Shown piece after piece: positions 17,699 to 25,721 of a DNA stretch of 64,000 bases. The notes beneath the pieces are model-generated. The model saw only the letters and a list, made by a program, of their open reading frames with translations, was not told the origin of the DNA and ran no database searches. Every line of letters starts with the position of its first letter. Position 1 is the stretch's first letter. The stretch is taken from the IMG/VR virus record IMGVR_UViG_3300036944_000513, positions 37,644-101,643 of that record; one strand, given 5' to 3'. Source of the DNA: a virus. Taxonomy: Duplodnaviria > Heunggongvirae > Uroviricota > Caudoviricetes. The position numbers were made by a program, and so were the translations under genes.

Positions 17699-18163
17699 TT
17701 AATTAATTATAATAATTTCTGAGTAACCTTCATCGGTGGTTGGCATCTGAAATTGAGAAATCATTGAGTCTACCACATTTTTTGGAATATGCTTTCCTGC
17801 CCGACCAGACAATCGTACATCCAATTCATCACGCCTTGGAGTAGGAAATACTACTGCAATATGAGTATATCGTTTCAACATATTGAATTTCTTTTTGCGA
17901 CTGGCAATTGTCGTAGAAGTTTGATCCCAAATAATATCTTTCCCTGTAATGCGCGCATTGATAACATCATCCATCATCAAATCAATTGCAGTTGGCATAT
18001 ATTCAGCAAACACTTCATTATAGGTAAGATCAAGTTTTTTTGCTTGGGCTTCAATATGATGGTCAGTTGAAATATAAACGTAATCCTTCGTGAGAGTTTG
18101 ATTCTTAACCCACGTAGATTTACCAGCAGCAGGGACACCAACTAACACGTATACTTTCAACAT
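17699..18163 (-). CDS. P-loop kinase (polynucleotide-kinase-like / AAA_33)
   Basis: VLVGVPAAGKST Walker A close to the N-terminus; 154 aa. Its size and position next to a phosphoesterase and an RNA ligase suggest a Pnk kinase-domain analogue. Confidence 0.55.
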   Translation of the reverse strand: MLKVYVLVGVPAAGKSTWVKNQTLTKDYVYISTDHHIEAQAKKLDLTYNEVFAEYMPTAIDLMMDDVINARITGKDIIWDQTSTTIASRKKKFNMLKRYTHIAVVFPTPRRDELDVRLSGRAGKHIPKNVVDSMISQFQMPTTDEGYSEIIIIN

Positions 18164-18171
18164 ACTTTCCT

Positions 18172-18717
18172 TTAATGATTATGACGTTTAATTTCGCCCT
18201 TTAATGCCATATCAATCGCCGTACTTAATTGAATTGGATAGCAATTATGATTATCCATACCAACATCAATGCAACGATATTGTTCCATTCCACTTTTGCC
18301 GCCATGCAAATGTCCATGAAAATGAACAGACCCACGATGCATCTGATCCCATTCGCATATGGGGTAATGAAACATTATAACTTTAGTTTTATCAATTGTC
18401 AACGAATAATAATCTTGAATTGCATCAAACTCATTGCAAAATGCTCTGTCGTTTATCAGTTTAACATCATGATTGCCACGAATCAAGGTTTTATTACCAT
18501 TGAGCCGCTTCAAATATCGTACTGCTTTTTCTGCATTACAAAAAGCCACATCACCCAAAATATAGGTATGGTCATTGGGCTGAACTACTGAGTTCCATCG
18601 CCGAATAATTTCTTCATCCATTTTATCCGCATCACCTTCGCCAAATGCCCGTGATACAGGACAAAAGCTCATGATGTTTTTATGCGAAAAATGAATATCG
18701 CTTGTAATAAAATCCAT
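18172..18717 (-). CDS. calcineurin-like metallophosphoesterase
   Basis: Motifs DIHFSH, GDVAF, GNHD and HGHLH. Confidence 0.65.
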   Translation of the reverse strand: MDFITSDIHFSHKNIMSFCPVSRAFGEGDADKMDEEIIRRWNSVVQPNDHTYILGDVAFCNAEKAVRYLKRLNGNKTLIRGNHDVKLINDRAFCNEFDAIQDYYSLTIDKTKVIMFHYPICEWDQMHRGSVHFHGHLHGGKSGMEQYRCIDVGMDNHNCYPIQLSTAIDMALKGEIKRHNH

Positions 18718-18728
18718 AACTATCTTTC

Positions 18729-19097
18729 TTATTTTTGCTCTAATGCCTTAAAAAGCATTTCCCATTTTTCGGCTGGAGTAATTGTACCCATTGCCATTTC
18801 CTTTAATACTTCTTTCATTTCTTCTGGATGTTTAAAGTAAATGTTTGCATAGGTGCAATCAAAATCATCATCATCATCGTAATCATACAAAGGATGCTCT
18901 GACATTTCATCAAAAACATCTTCATAATCCTCGCGGTTTCCACCGCCATTGCGGGTATGAATAACGATATGAGTATCGGTAACATAGGCATCACGATAAC
19001 GACCAAAGTCTCCTTGGGTCTTGCCAAGCAATTCAAGGAGAAATTGAGAATGGTCAAAATTCTCACCAAACAACATATTATACAAACTCATTTTCAA
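18729..19097 (-). CDS. hypothetical acidic protein
   Basis: 122-aa ORF. Confidence 0.45.
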   Translation of the reverse strand: MKMSLYNMLFGENFDHSQFLLELLGKTQGDFGRYRDAYVTDTHIVIHTRNGGGNREDYEDVFDEMSEHPLYDYDDDDDFDCTYANIYFKHPEEMKEVLKEMAMGTITPAEKWEMLFKALEQK

Positions 19098-19145
19098 TCC
19101 TCCAAAAAGTTACGAACCCAAGATAAACGCGAAAATTGCATTTTA

Positions 19146-19153
19146 TATAAATA
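19146..19153 (+). promoter_or_regulatory. T4-type late promoter box TATAAATA
   Basis: Exact TATAAATA about 95 nt upstream of the plus-strand homing endonuclease gene. Confidence 0.4.
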
Positions 19154-19247
19154 AGTATAGCACAACATTTTGTGCGTGTCAACAAAAATGTCCATCGCCG
19201 TACTGGTAATACGCATGGACTCTAACAGTTTAAAAGGAACTATCAGC

Positions 19248-19919
19248 ATGACTATTTATTGCGTCTATCTAACCATATACCGAGGAATAAGACTTCCCCC
19301 ATTTTACATTGGTTCAAGTTCAGTAGAAAAAGTTCAAACCGGCTATCATGGATCAGTATGTTCCAACGAGTATAAGTCTATTTGGAAATCGGAACTTAGA
19401 TTTAACTCTAACTTATTTGAAACAAAAATAATTTCCATTCATTCGAACAGAAAAGAAGCAACTCTTAAAGAACATACGCTTCAAAAGAAAGTCGATGCTG
19501 TTAAAAATCCTCTTTATATTAATAAATCATTTGCTGTATATGATGGTTTTACAGATATGGATCAGTCTGGCAAAAATAACCCAATGTATGGCACCTCCCG
19601 CACCGGAGAAGCAAATCCGTTTTATGGGCAAAAACACACAGAAGAAGCTATTGCTAAGATGAGAGGAAGAAAATGTTCAGATAAAAACAAAAGGTTATAT
19701 AGCAAACTCAAATCGGGCATTACTGACTCTGCGGAAACTAAACAAAAAAAGAGTATATCCAAAAAAGGGAAGCCGCCAAACAGTTCCAAAGTTCTCAACT
19801 TGATATTAAAACAGAAGTTTATCTGTATGCTTGATACTAAGAAAGAATATACCTATGTAAATGCTTGTCAACGGCTCCCTGAGATTAAACATCTTTTTTG
19901 GAAAAAAAAGTTAGTTTAA
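19248..19919 (+). CDS. GIY-YIG homing endonuclease (Seg-like, with NUMOD3 repeats)
   Basis: TIYCVYL...FYIGSS is a GIY-YIG signature; two NUMOD3-like NPMYG / NPFYGQKHTEE motifs. It is on the opposite strand to its neighbours, with an AAAGGAA SD before the ATG at 19248. Confidence 0.7.
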   Translation: MTIYCVYLTIYRGIRLPPFYIGSSSVEKVQTGYHGSVCSNEYKSIWKSELRFNSNLFETKIISIHSNRKEATLKEHTLQKKVDAVKNPLYINKSFAVYDGFTDMDQSGKNNPMYGTSRTGEANPFYGQKHTEEAIAKMRGRKCSDKNKRLYSKLKSGITDSAETKQKKSISKKGKPPNSSKVLNLILKQKFICMLDTKKEYTYVNACQRLPEIKHLFWKKKLV

Positions 19920-20810
19920 AAACTCTCGAACCCACTTCAATTTTTCTTGTTCAGTCTTTGTGGTGTATGCGTCAATATTTTCACGAATCGCAGAAAGCAA
20001 CGGGTAATATTCCTCATCAATTTGTTCTTTAAACTCCTTGGTGAGCAATTTTTCAGTTTTAGGATTGCGTGCTACCCATTTACTTACTAAATAGTAAGGG
20101 CTTTTAATTTTAAAAGACTGACTATCTTCTGTGTATGCAATGAATCCTTCGTGCTTAACCTTCTTTGATTCAGCAATCAATTCACCCACGGTCATACGAT
20201 AAGATTCTACCGGATGACATTTAATTGTATCCTCAGAAAATATCTTCCATACTACATCACAAACAAAGCCGTTAACCTTAGACTCCCATGAGTTTTCACG
20301 CCAGCCAAGAAAATACATTCCTGCTTTTTCTGGGACAATGTGTGGGTCACTTGGATGCACACATTCAAACATGAAAGTATGACCTTCATTGCTGGCAATA
20401 TTGATAACCCAATCCTCCCAGCACATATGCTTTAACATCATTTCTTTTGCATAGTCAACGTAATCGTTGGCAGTGCTTCCAGTGGTGGATATTAAAATAT
20501 CGTTATTGTGCCAAGTCATCGCAATCATAAAGCCATTAACTTTACGATATGCAATTACCGGAGTATCATCCGATAAAATAGGAGATTTATCTTCTACGCC
20601 ATAATTATAGATTTTCGTGAATGGGCGTGATATTACATTGAAATCTTTATCAATGATTGTACCACGACATTCCTCAAGAAAATCGTTCCATAAATTATCA
20701 TAAAATACTTTTTTAGAATATTTTAGTACAAAAATTCCATCACCGGCTGGCTTCATTGAAACCAGAGTTGGATTAGATTCTACGAAATGTTTTAGTGCAG
20801 CTTTGTTCAT
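19911..20810 (-). CDS. RNA ligase 1 (T4 RnlA-like)
   Basis: ECRGTIID / SRPFTKIYN / YRKVNGFM (motif I KxNG) / TTGS align with T4 Rnl1 ECRGIMF / SRPMEKFFN / KEDGSL / SKGS; HEGFIAY (motif IV) and FKIKSP (motif V). Confidence 0.6.
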   Translation of the reverse strand: MNKAALKHFVESNPTLVSMKPAGDGIFVLKYSKKVFYDNLWNDFLEECRGTIIDKDFNVISRPFTKIYNYGVEDKSPILSDDTPVIAYRKVNGFMIAMTWHNNDILISTTGSTANDYVDYAKEMMLKHMCWEDWVINIASNEGHTFMFECVHPSDPHIVPEKAGMYFLGWRENSWESKVNGFVCDVVWKIFSEDTIKCHPVESYRMTVGELIAESKKVKHEGFIAYTEDSQSFKIKSPYYLVSKWVARNPKTEKLLTKEFKEQIDEEYYPLLSAIRENIDAYTTKTEQEKLKWVREFLN

Positions 20811-20816
20811 GGATGC

Positions 20817-20845
20817 AGTATAACGTAGACTTTACTATGCGTCAA
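20817..20845 (-). promoter_or_regulatory. sigma70-type promoter (-35 TTGACG, 17 bp, -10 TATACT), near-leaderless
   Basis: The -35 overlaps the TGA stop of the upstream gene; the ATG of the ligase gene lies 6 nt after the -10. Confidence 0.45.
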
Positions 20846-21324
20846 GCATTTTTTGATTTTAGTTTGGCTTCGATGGCTCGGGCACGGCCCTCTGCTGTGA
20901 GGTAGCTATCTAAAATTTCATCGCGTTCCTCATCCGTCAGCCCTACCCACGGGCGCGGTTGTGGGGTGGTGTAGAGTTTGGTTCCCACAGGCAAATCCTT
21001 GAACAACATACCTTCATTTGGTCGATCCTCACCGACGTACTCAACGACGGCCACCGGCTCCTGCGCTGACCTCAATTCGTGGGGCGCATGTTGTTCAAGC
21101 CAAGCAGTGCCTAGCAGCGCCATTGCCTTAGCCTGTTCTATTGTGGTTGGCATTGAAATGCGGGCGACTGGCTGTGATAGCCCATCGGGGCGGTAGGCCA
21201 TATCACTGGATTTCCACTCTTGGCGCATACGCTGCTCCATTTCAATGCGGGTAAACTCATCATCTTCATCGTCTTTAGTCATTTTAAATCCAATATTAAA
21301 ATTTGTCAATCTGTCATTTATCAA
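20842..21324 (-). CDS. hypothetical protein (GC-rich island)
   Basis: 160 aa with clearly elevated GC. Confidence 0.45.
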   Translation of the reverse strand: MINDRLTNFNIGFKMTKDDEDDEFTRIEMEQRMRQEWKSSDMAYRPDGLSQPVARISMPTTIEQAKAMALLGTAWLEQHAPHELRSAQEPVAVVEYVGEDRPNEGMLFKDLPVGTKLYTTPQPRPWVGLTDEERDEILDSYLTAEGRARAIEAKLKSKNA

Positions 21325-21520
21325 ACTCGTCTGCTGGATAGTAACGACCCATCTTCAAGTCATCAATATCAACTTCCATGCGCAAAACATTTTCATGGCT
21401 AGATTCGTACATACACAGCAGCCATTCTACGCGCTCAACTACGCTTCCCTCGCGCCAGTCTTTGCTATCCTCAAATAGCTCAGTTGGCAGCAGTTTTTTG
21501 ATTCGGTCTAGTTCGTTCAT
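21314..21520 (-). CDS. hypothetical protein
   Basis: 68-aa ORF. Confidence 0.4.
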   Translation of the reverse strand: MNELDRIKKLLPTELFEDSKDWREGSVVERVEWLLCMYESSHENVLRMEVDIDDLKMGRYYPADEFDK

Positions 21521-21936
21521 TTTAAAAAAGAATTTCTAATTGCAACTGCATCATGGAGAGCATTATGTGGGATTCTTGACTCATATTCAATAGCAAGATT
21601 CAACTCAAAATTAATTTTTGTGGGCATCAAAATTCGTTCACCCGGCCCCGTAATCAAAGACTCACAGAAATATTTAATATCATCGGGCCAATCCGCAACA
21701 ATGGTGCATTTATTGAACATGAAAAGATAGGATGATAGTTTGGATTGGAACTCACCCCTTGAAAGTGGAACATGAAACATATGCGGCACGACATTATCCC
21801 GAACCCAAGGGTCAAGTTGATCTGTCATTTCCAACTCACAATAAAATACTGGAATATTTACATCTTCTGGCACAAGCGCCATAGACATTAGTTTACCACC
21901 AAATCCATTAAATTCTGTATCTAAAAATAGTTTCAT
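21517..21936 (-). CDS. DEDD-family 3'-5' exonuclease (DnaQ/RNase T-like)
   Basis: Exo I LDTEFNG and Exo III HNALHDA motifs. Confidence 0.6.
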   Translation of the reverse strand: MKLFLDTEFNGFGGKLMSMALVPEDVNIPVFYCELEMTDQLDPWVRDNVVPHMFHVPLSRGEFQSKLSSYLFMFNKCTIVADWPDDIKYFCESLITGPGERILMPTKINFELNLAIEYESRIPHNALHDAVAIRNSFLK

Positions 21937-22268
21937 TTTTCTATCCTATCATATTTAAATTTTTCATGCAACATAATAATATAATTTGCTTTAGCAAAAA
22001 CCCATGGATTTCGATGCGGAAGATGGTTTCCGGTTGCGCCAGTCCAATCTTTAAATTCCCAATCGTAAAAATCAATATTACAATCCTTTGGATTTTCTTT
22101 CTGCAAAGTTTCTAATTCATCTGCCCATTTTTGCCATAAGTGGTCACTCACTATTTCCGTATTCAGTTCATAGTAGATACATGAATGAATAAGCATTTGT
22201 GCCCTTCGCTGCCGTATCTTATCTTTAATGCTTTGCTGCATACTCATTTCAAAAATATCGACTATCAA
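21933..22268 (-). CDS. hypothetical protein
   Basis: 111-aa ORF. Confidence 0.45.
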   Translation of the reverse strand: MIVDIFEMSMQQSIKDKIRQRRAQMLIHSCIYYELNTEIVSDHLWQKWADELETLQKENPKDCNIDFYDWEFKDWTGATGNHLPHRNPWVFAKANYIIMLHEKFKYDRIEK

Positions 22269-22655
22269 TTAGTAAGACATATTTCCCATGCGATCAAATG
22301 CAGTTTCACCTTTAGTCTTTGCATTCAAAATATAAATATTTTTTACATTGTACCGCTTTTCGTTAACATCGTCAAGATAGACGTATGGATTAAGTTCCCA
22401 TTTACAGACTTTATTATAGTTTTTCTTTAGATCAGCGAGTTCTTCTGGGGGGAGTTGATAGTCCCAATCTTTACGATCAATGCATTGTTCTAAGCGACAT
22501 GATTCCAGCCAATATTTCTCAGTCATTTTTACAAGGTCAGATTCAGCCAACTCTGGGTTAATATCCATCCAGTCTCCAACCATGCCATTCCATAGTTTGA
22601 TTTCTGGGTCTCCTTTTAAGGAATTCAATATTTCAATCAATTTAGATTTCTTCAT
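22269..22655 (-). CDS. hypothetical protein
   Basis: 128-aa ORF. Confidence 0.45.
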   Translation of the reverse strand: MKKSKLIEILNSLKGDPEIKLWNGMVGDWMDINPELAESDLVKMTEKYWLESCRLEQCIDRKDWDYQLPPEELADLKKNYNKVCKWELNPYVYLDDVNEKRYNVKNIYILNAKTKGETAFDRMGNMSY

Positions 22656-22879
22656 TCTTCAACTCCGAAATGTTTATCAACCTCATCAAAGATATCATCA
22701 ATGTCTCGTTCAGGGTCATGAGGATTCATTTCCTCAATAACGCTTAAACATTCCTTCACAATCAACTCGGCGAATCTAACTTCTTTTGGCATATACGTCA
22801 GCATATCAAAATCATCAAGATTGCCCTGCCCATAAATCATACCTGCTTCTTTAGCAAGTTCTAAGATTCGTTTGTTCAT
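22652..22879 (-). CDS. MNxRIKELAEQAG / FAELIVKEC / HFGVEE family small protein (paralog)
   Basis: MNKRILELAKEAG...RFAELIVKECLS...KHFGVEE. Confidence 0.6.
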   Translation of the reverse strand: MNKRILELAKEAGMIYGQGNLDDFDMLTYMPKEVRFAELIVKECLSVIEEMNPHDPERDIDDIFDEVDKHFGVEE

Positions 22880-23385
22880 TTTTCAACTCCAATATATCGT
22901 TTAGCTTCTGCCATGAGAGTTGCATCGCCCTTAGTTAATACTTCAAGGAGCAATCTTTTTTCTTCAAGATATACAACTGCAAAGTTTGGGTCATACTGCA
23001 TAATACTTTTCGTATTACTAATCAAGTCTGCAAGTTTAACTGTTTGCGCTTCTGCTGGAGCATTGAAAATATACTCTCTGTCCATGCGCTTGCGAAATTC
23101 TCTGTTACCATATTCTGGTTTAGAGATATCGGTCAACCAACCAACCAATCCAGCAATAATACTGCCAAATTCTTGGGTAATAATTTCGTTGGTAACTTTA
23201 GTATCTTCTACAACATCATGCAGCCATGCAGCAGCAATCATATCAGGAGTGCCACCCACACGTTTTACGATGCTGGCAACTTCTGCTGGATGGACGATAT
23301 AAGGCGCACCAGTGTATTTCCTGCGCTGGTCAACGGCTGCGTGTGCAGCGGTGGCAAAAATCCTTGCCTTTTCCACTTTGTCCAT
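22876..23385 (-). CDS. HD-domain (p)ppGpp hydrolase-like protein (small alarmone hydrolase, RelA/SpoT HD family)
   Basis: ATAAHAAVDQRRKYTGAPYIVHP...AAWLHDVVEDT matches the SpoT/Mesh1 HD hydrolase signature. Confidence 0.65.
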   Translation of the reverse strand: MDKVEKARIFATAAHAAVDQRRKYTGAPYIVHPAEVASIVKRVGGTPDMIAAAWLHDVVEDTKVTNEIITQEFGSIIAGLVGWLTDISKPEYGNREFRKRMDREYIFNAPAEAQTVKLADLISNTKSIMQYDPNFAVVYLEEKRLLLEVLTKGDATLMAEAKRYIGVEK

Positions 23386-23416
23386 TACTATTCTCCATAT
23401 GAATGTCTATAAACGT

Positions 23417-23446
23417 AGTTTACAACAACATTGGAGTCTATGTCAA
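23417..23446 (-). promoter_or_regulatory. sigma70-type promoter (-35 TTGACA, 18 bp, -10 TAAACT)
   Basis: Upstream of the HD hydrolase gene; GGAGAA SD. Confidence 0.45.
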
Positions 23447-23568
23447 GCATTTCTTCTGGTGTTCTATAAGAAAATGCTTTATTTTGACTTTTCCACCACA
23501 ATTCTATTAAAGCATTGCTGCCAAGTAATGCTAATAGATACGGTTGCAATTTTTCTTTAATTGCAATA

Positions 23569-23814
23569 TTATTTCTGAGTATATTCTTTGCCATCAATAA
23601 TAACTGAGGTGGTGCGAGCTTTATTGCCCATTTGTACCGTAGTTGAACTTTCTGGGCAGCGACCAACGGTAATGCGGGAACCGGTGCCGTTGACTATCTC
23701 ATAAAACTTACAATCCTTTAGCTCATCAGGTACGGCAGGAAAGTTTATTTGTGTTGCGCTTGGTGTACATCCAACCAATAATGCTAGGGTTGATACTAAG
23801 ATAAATCGTTTCAT
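23569..23814 (-). CDS. lipoprotein (signal peptide with lipobox LVGC)
   Basis: MKRFILVSTLALLVGCTPS. Confidence 0.55.
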   Translation of the reverse strand: MKRFILVSTLALLVGCTPSATQINFPAVPDELKDCKFYEIVNGTGSRITVGRCPESSTTVQMGNKARTTSVIIDGKEYTQK

Positions 23815-23817
23815 TCT

Positions 23818-23940
23818 TCAACTCCAAAACATTTTTTTAACAAAACTAAAGATAATCATAAAAATTGTAAAGTAAGCAGCAACACCTATCATCAATAAAA
23901 ATAAAGTAGCCAACCAACCTGCTTTATCGCCTTCACTCAT
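23818..23940 (-). CDS. small membrane protein (40 aa, single TM)
   Basis: MSEGDKAGWLATLFLLMIGVAAYFTIFMIIFSFVKKMFWS; ATGA overlaps at both ends. Confidence 0.4.
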   Translation of the reverse strand: MSEGDKAGWLATLFLLMIGVAAYFTIFMIIFSFVKKMFWS

Positions 23941-24197
23941 TCTTCAACTCCGAAATGTTCTTTAATCCGATATGCTGACCAATTTGCCCCATGACCAAAC
24001 TCTGGACTACCATCTAACTCATCGCTTATATGAGCATGGCCTATTTCACTGCAAATTTTAGCACATTCTTTAACAATCAACTCGGCGAAATTTGCAATTT
24101 GATTCTCGCCCCAGAGCACATTTTCAGGCATACCATAACCTAGCGAACACTCTCTCATTCCAGCCTGTTCAGCCAGTTGTTTAATTCGTTCGTTCAT
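23937..24197 (-). CDS. MNERIKELAEQAG / FAELIVKEC / HFGVEE family small protein (paralog)
   Basis: MNERIKQLAEQAG...NFAELIVKECAKIC...EHFGVEE. Confidence 0.6.
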   Translation of the reverse strand: MNERIKQLAEQAGMRECSLGYGMPENVLWGENQIANFAELIVKECAKICSEIGHAHISDELDGSPEFGHGANWSAYRIKEHFGVEE

Positions 24198-24394
24198 ACC
24201 TTCGCCACCTGTTCAGGAAATTTCAAACATTCATCGGCAGAATAAGACCAACATTTATTAGTAAGTTTTATCTTCACCTTCATCGGCGTAAATCCAATAA
24301 TGACTCCCATTGACAACTCGTGTGTATAACCATTTTGCGGAATCAACACGATCTTGTCGCCTACTGCCAATTCTTTACCGGTTACGTCTTTCAT
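24194..24394 (-). CDS. hypothetical protein
   Basis: In-frame ATG at 24394 with an ATGA overlap to the upstream 57-aa ORF; the track start is TTG. Confidence 0.45.
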   Translation of the reverse strand: MKDVTGKELAVGDKIVLIPQNGYTHELSMGVIIGFTPMKVKIKLTNKCWSYSADECLKFPEQVAKV

Positions 24395-24564
24395 TCTTTT
24401 ACTCCCGTTTCCCAAAGACCATTACTAATCATCAAGCGCAACCAGTATGTAAACTTACGATTGCCAAACTTTCGGCGATACTTGTTTAGCATGGCCTTGG
24501 CTTCAACATACTCATTGCTATTGATAGCGTCCGCAATTCTTTCAACTGCTGTTTTGACTTTCAT
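24391..24564 (-). CDS. hypothetical small protein (57 aa)
   Basis: MKVKTAVERIADAINSNEYVEAKAML...; below the track's size cut-off; ATGA coupling at both ends. Confidence 0.4.
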   Translation of the reverse strand: MKVKTAVERIADAINSNEYVEAKAMLNKYRRKFGNRKFTYWLRLMISNGLWETGVKE

Positions 24565-24836
24565 TCTTCAACTCCGAAATGTTGTTTCATTTTGAATCGC
24601 AATATGTCACAAGCCGCTTCACCCTCTGTATAGATTTTCTTCATCTTAAGGTCTGTTTGTTCTTTTCGATTATTAAAGTATTGTGCTTCCAGTTCGGTTG
24701 CCATTCCCATACATTCTTTCACAATCAACTCGGCGAACTTTTCAGCAAAGTCTTTACTGTATGGAATAGTCACAGGATATCCATCAGGACTTTGATGTGA
24801 AGCCTGTTCAGCCAGTTCTAGAATTCGTTCATTCAT
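24561..24836 (-). CDS. MNERIKELAEQAG / FAELIVKEC / HFGVEE family small protein (paralog)
   Basis: MNERILELAEQAS...KFAELIVKECMG...QHFGVEE. Confidence 0.6.
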   Translation of the reverse strand: MNERILELAEQASHQSPDGYPVTIPYSKDFAEKFAELIVKECMGMATELEAQYFNNRKEQTDLKMKKIYTEGEAACDILRFKMKQHFGVEE

Positions 24837-24999
24837 TCTTCAACTCCGAAATGTTGTTTCAAGACCAACTTAAATTCAATCTCCGGCGTGAGCATTGGAT
24901 GCTCAACTTTGTCTTGGATTAGTTGGTGTCGCCCTTCGGTATTTGATCTACCAAGCAACACACCATTATAGTATACTTCCCACTCATAATTTTCGTAAA

Positions 25000-25239
25000 T
25001 CATTCCTCAACTCCGAAATGTTCTTTTACTCGTCTTGCCGCATTTTGAACAGCATTGGCGCTTTCAAATTCATCTTTATCCCAGTACCACTTTGATTCTT
25101 TAAGAATAGTGGTCATACATTCTGCCACAATCAACTCGGCGAACTTTTCTAATTCATTGTTACGAAATACAAGCCCGCTAATGCCTGCCCTTCGTCCAGC
25201 GCCAGCCTGTTCGGCAAGTTCTTGTATTCGTTCGTTCAT
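25000..25239 (-). CDS. MNERIKELAEQAG / FAELIVKEC / HFGVEE family small protein (paralog)
   Basis: MNERIQELAEQAGAG...KFAELIVAECMT...EHFGVEE. Confidence 0.6.
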   Translation of the reverse strand: MNERIQELAEQAGAGRRAGISGLVFRNNELEKFAELIVAECMTTILKESKWYWDKDEFESANAVQNAARRVKEHFGVEE

Positions 25240-25721
25240 TCAATCCGTTCCTCATATACAGTTGTTGGCGTATATGGGAATTCTACTGCAACTCGGCTCT
25301 CTCTGCAAGTAAAATGTGATTTACTTTTTACGCCTGTTTCTGGGTCGGTATACCAATCCCAAAAAACTTTACCGTCAATATCATATGCGCTGCCATCGGC
25401 ATCTTTAAAAACCCTACTGGCGCGTTTATTTTGATAGTGAGGTGTGCCATCGCCATACCCTGAAACATCTACCCATTCGTCATCTTCACCAGTAAGTGGG
25501 GTCAATGGATCAAATCTAAGGAGTTTTTCAAGCACATTAACAGCATAACTTGCAGAGAATCCAGAAAATCCAGAATTACTAAATACTAATATGATATTCA
25601 AAATAGATTCCCGCATCATGCGATTTATTTCATCGGGAGAATCTTCGGTCATTCCAATAATATCCAACTCTCGCTTACTAAATTCAATCATAAAACTATG
25701 CCCCATATAAAAATTAAACAT
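25236..25721 (-). CDS. hypothetical protein
   Basis: 161-aa ORF. Confidence 0.45.
   Translation of the reverse strand: MFNFYMGHSFMIEFSKRELDIIGMTEDSPDEINRMMRESILNIILVFSNSGFSGFSASYAVNVLEKLLRFDPLTPLTGEDDEWVDVSGYGDGTPHYQNKRASRVFKDADGSAYDIDGKVFWDWYTDPETGVKSKSHFTCRESRVAVEFPYTPTTVYEERIE

Noticed and set aside
16111-23446. AAATGCTTGAC motif considered as a T4 MotA box (middle promoter)
   Set aside because: The distance to the -10 is 17-18 bp from a TTGACA hexamer, which is classic sigma70 geometry. MotA boxes sit about 12 bp from the -10.
23388-23666. 92-aa ORF 23388..23666
   Set aside because: It overlaps the lipoprotein gene and contains the sigma70-type promoter of the HD-hydrolase gene, so it is probably not a real gene.
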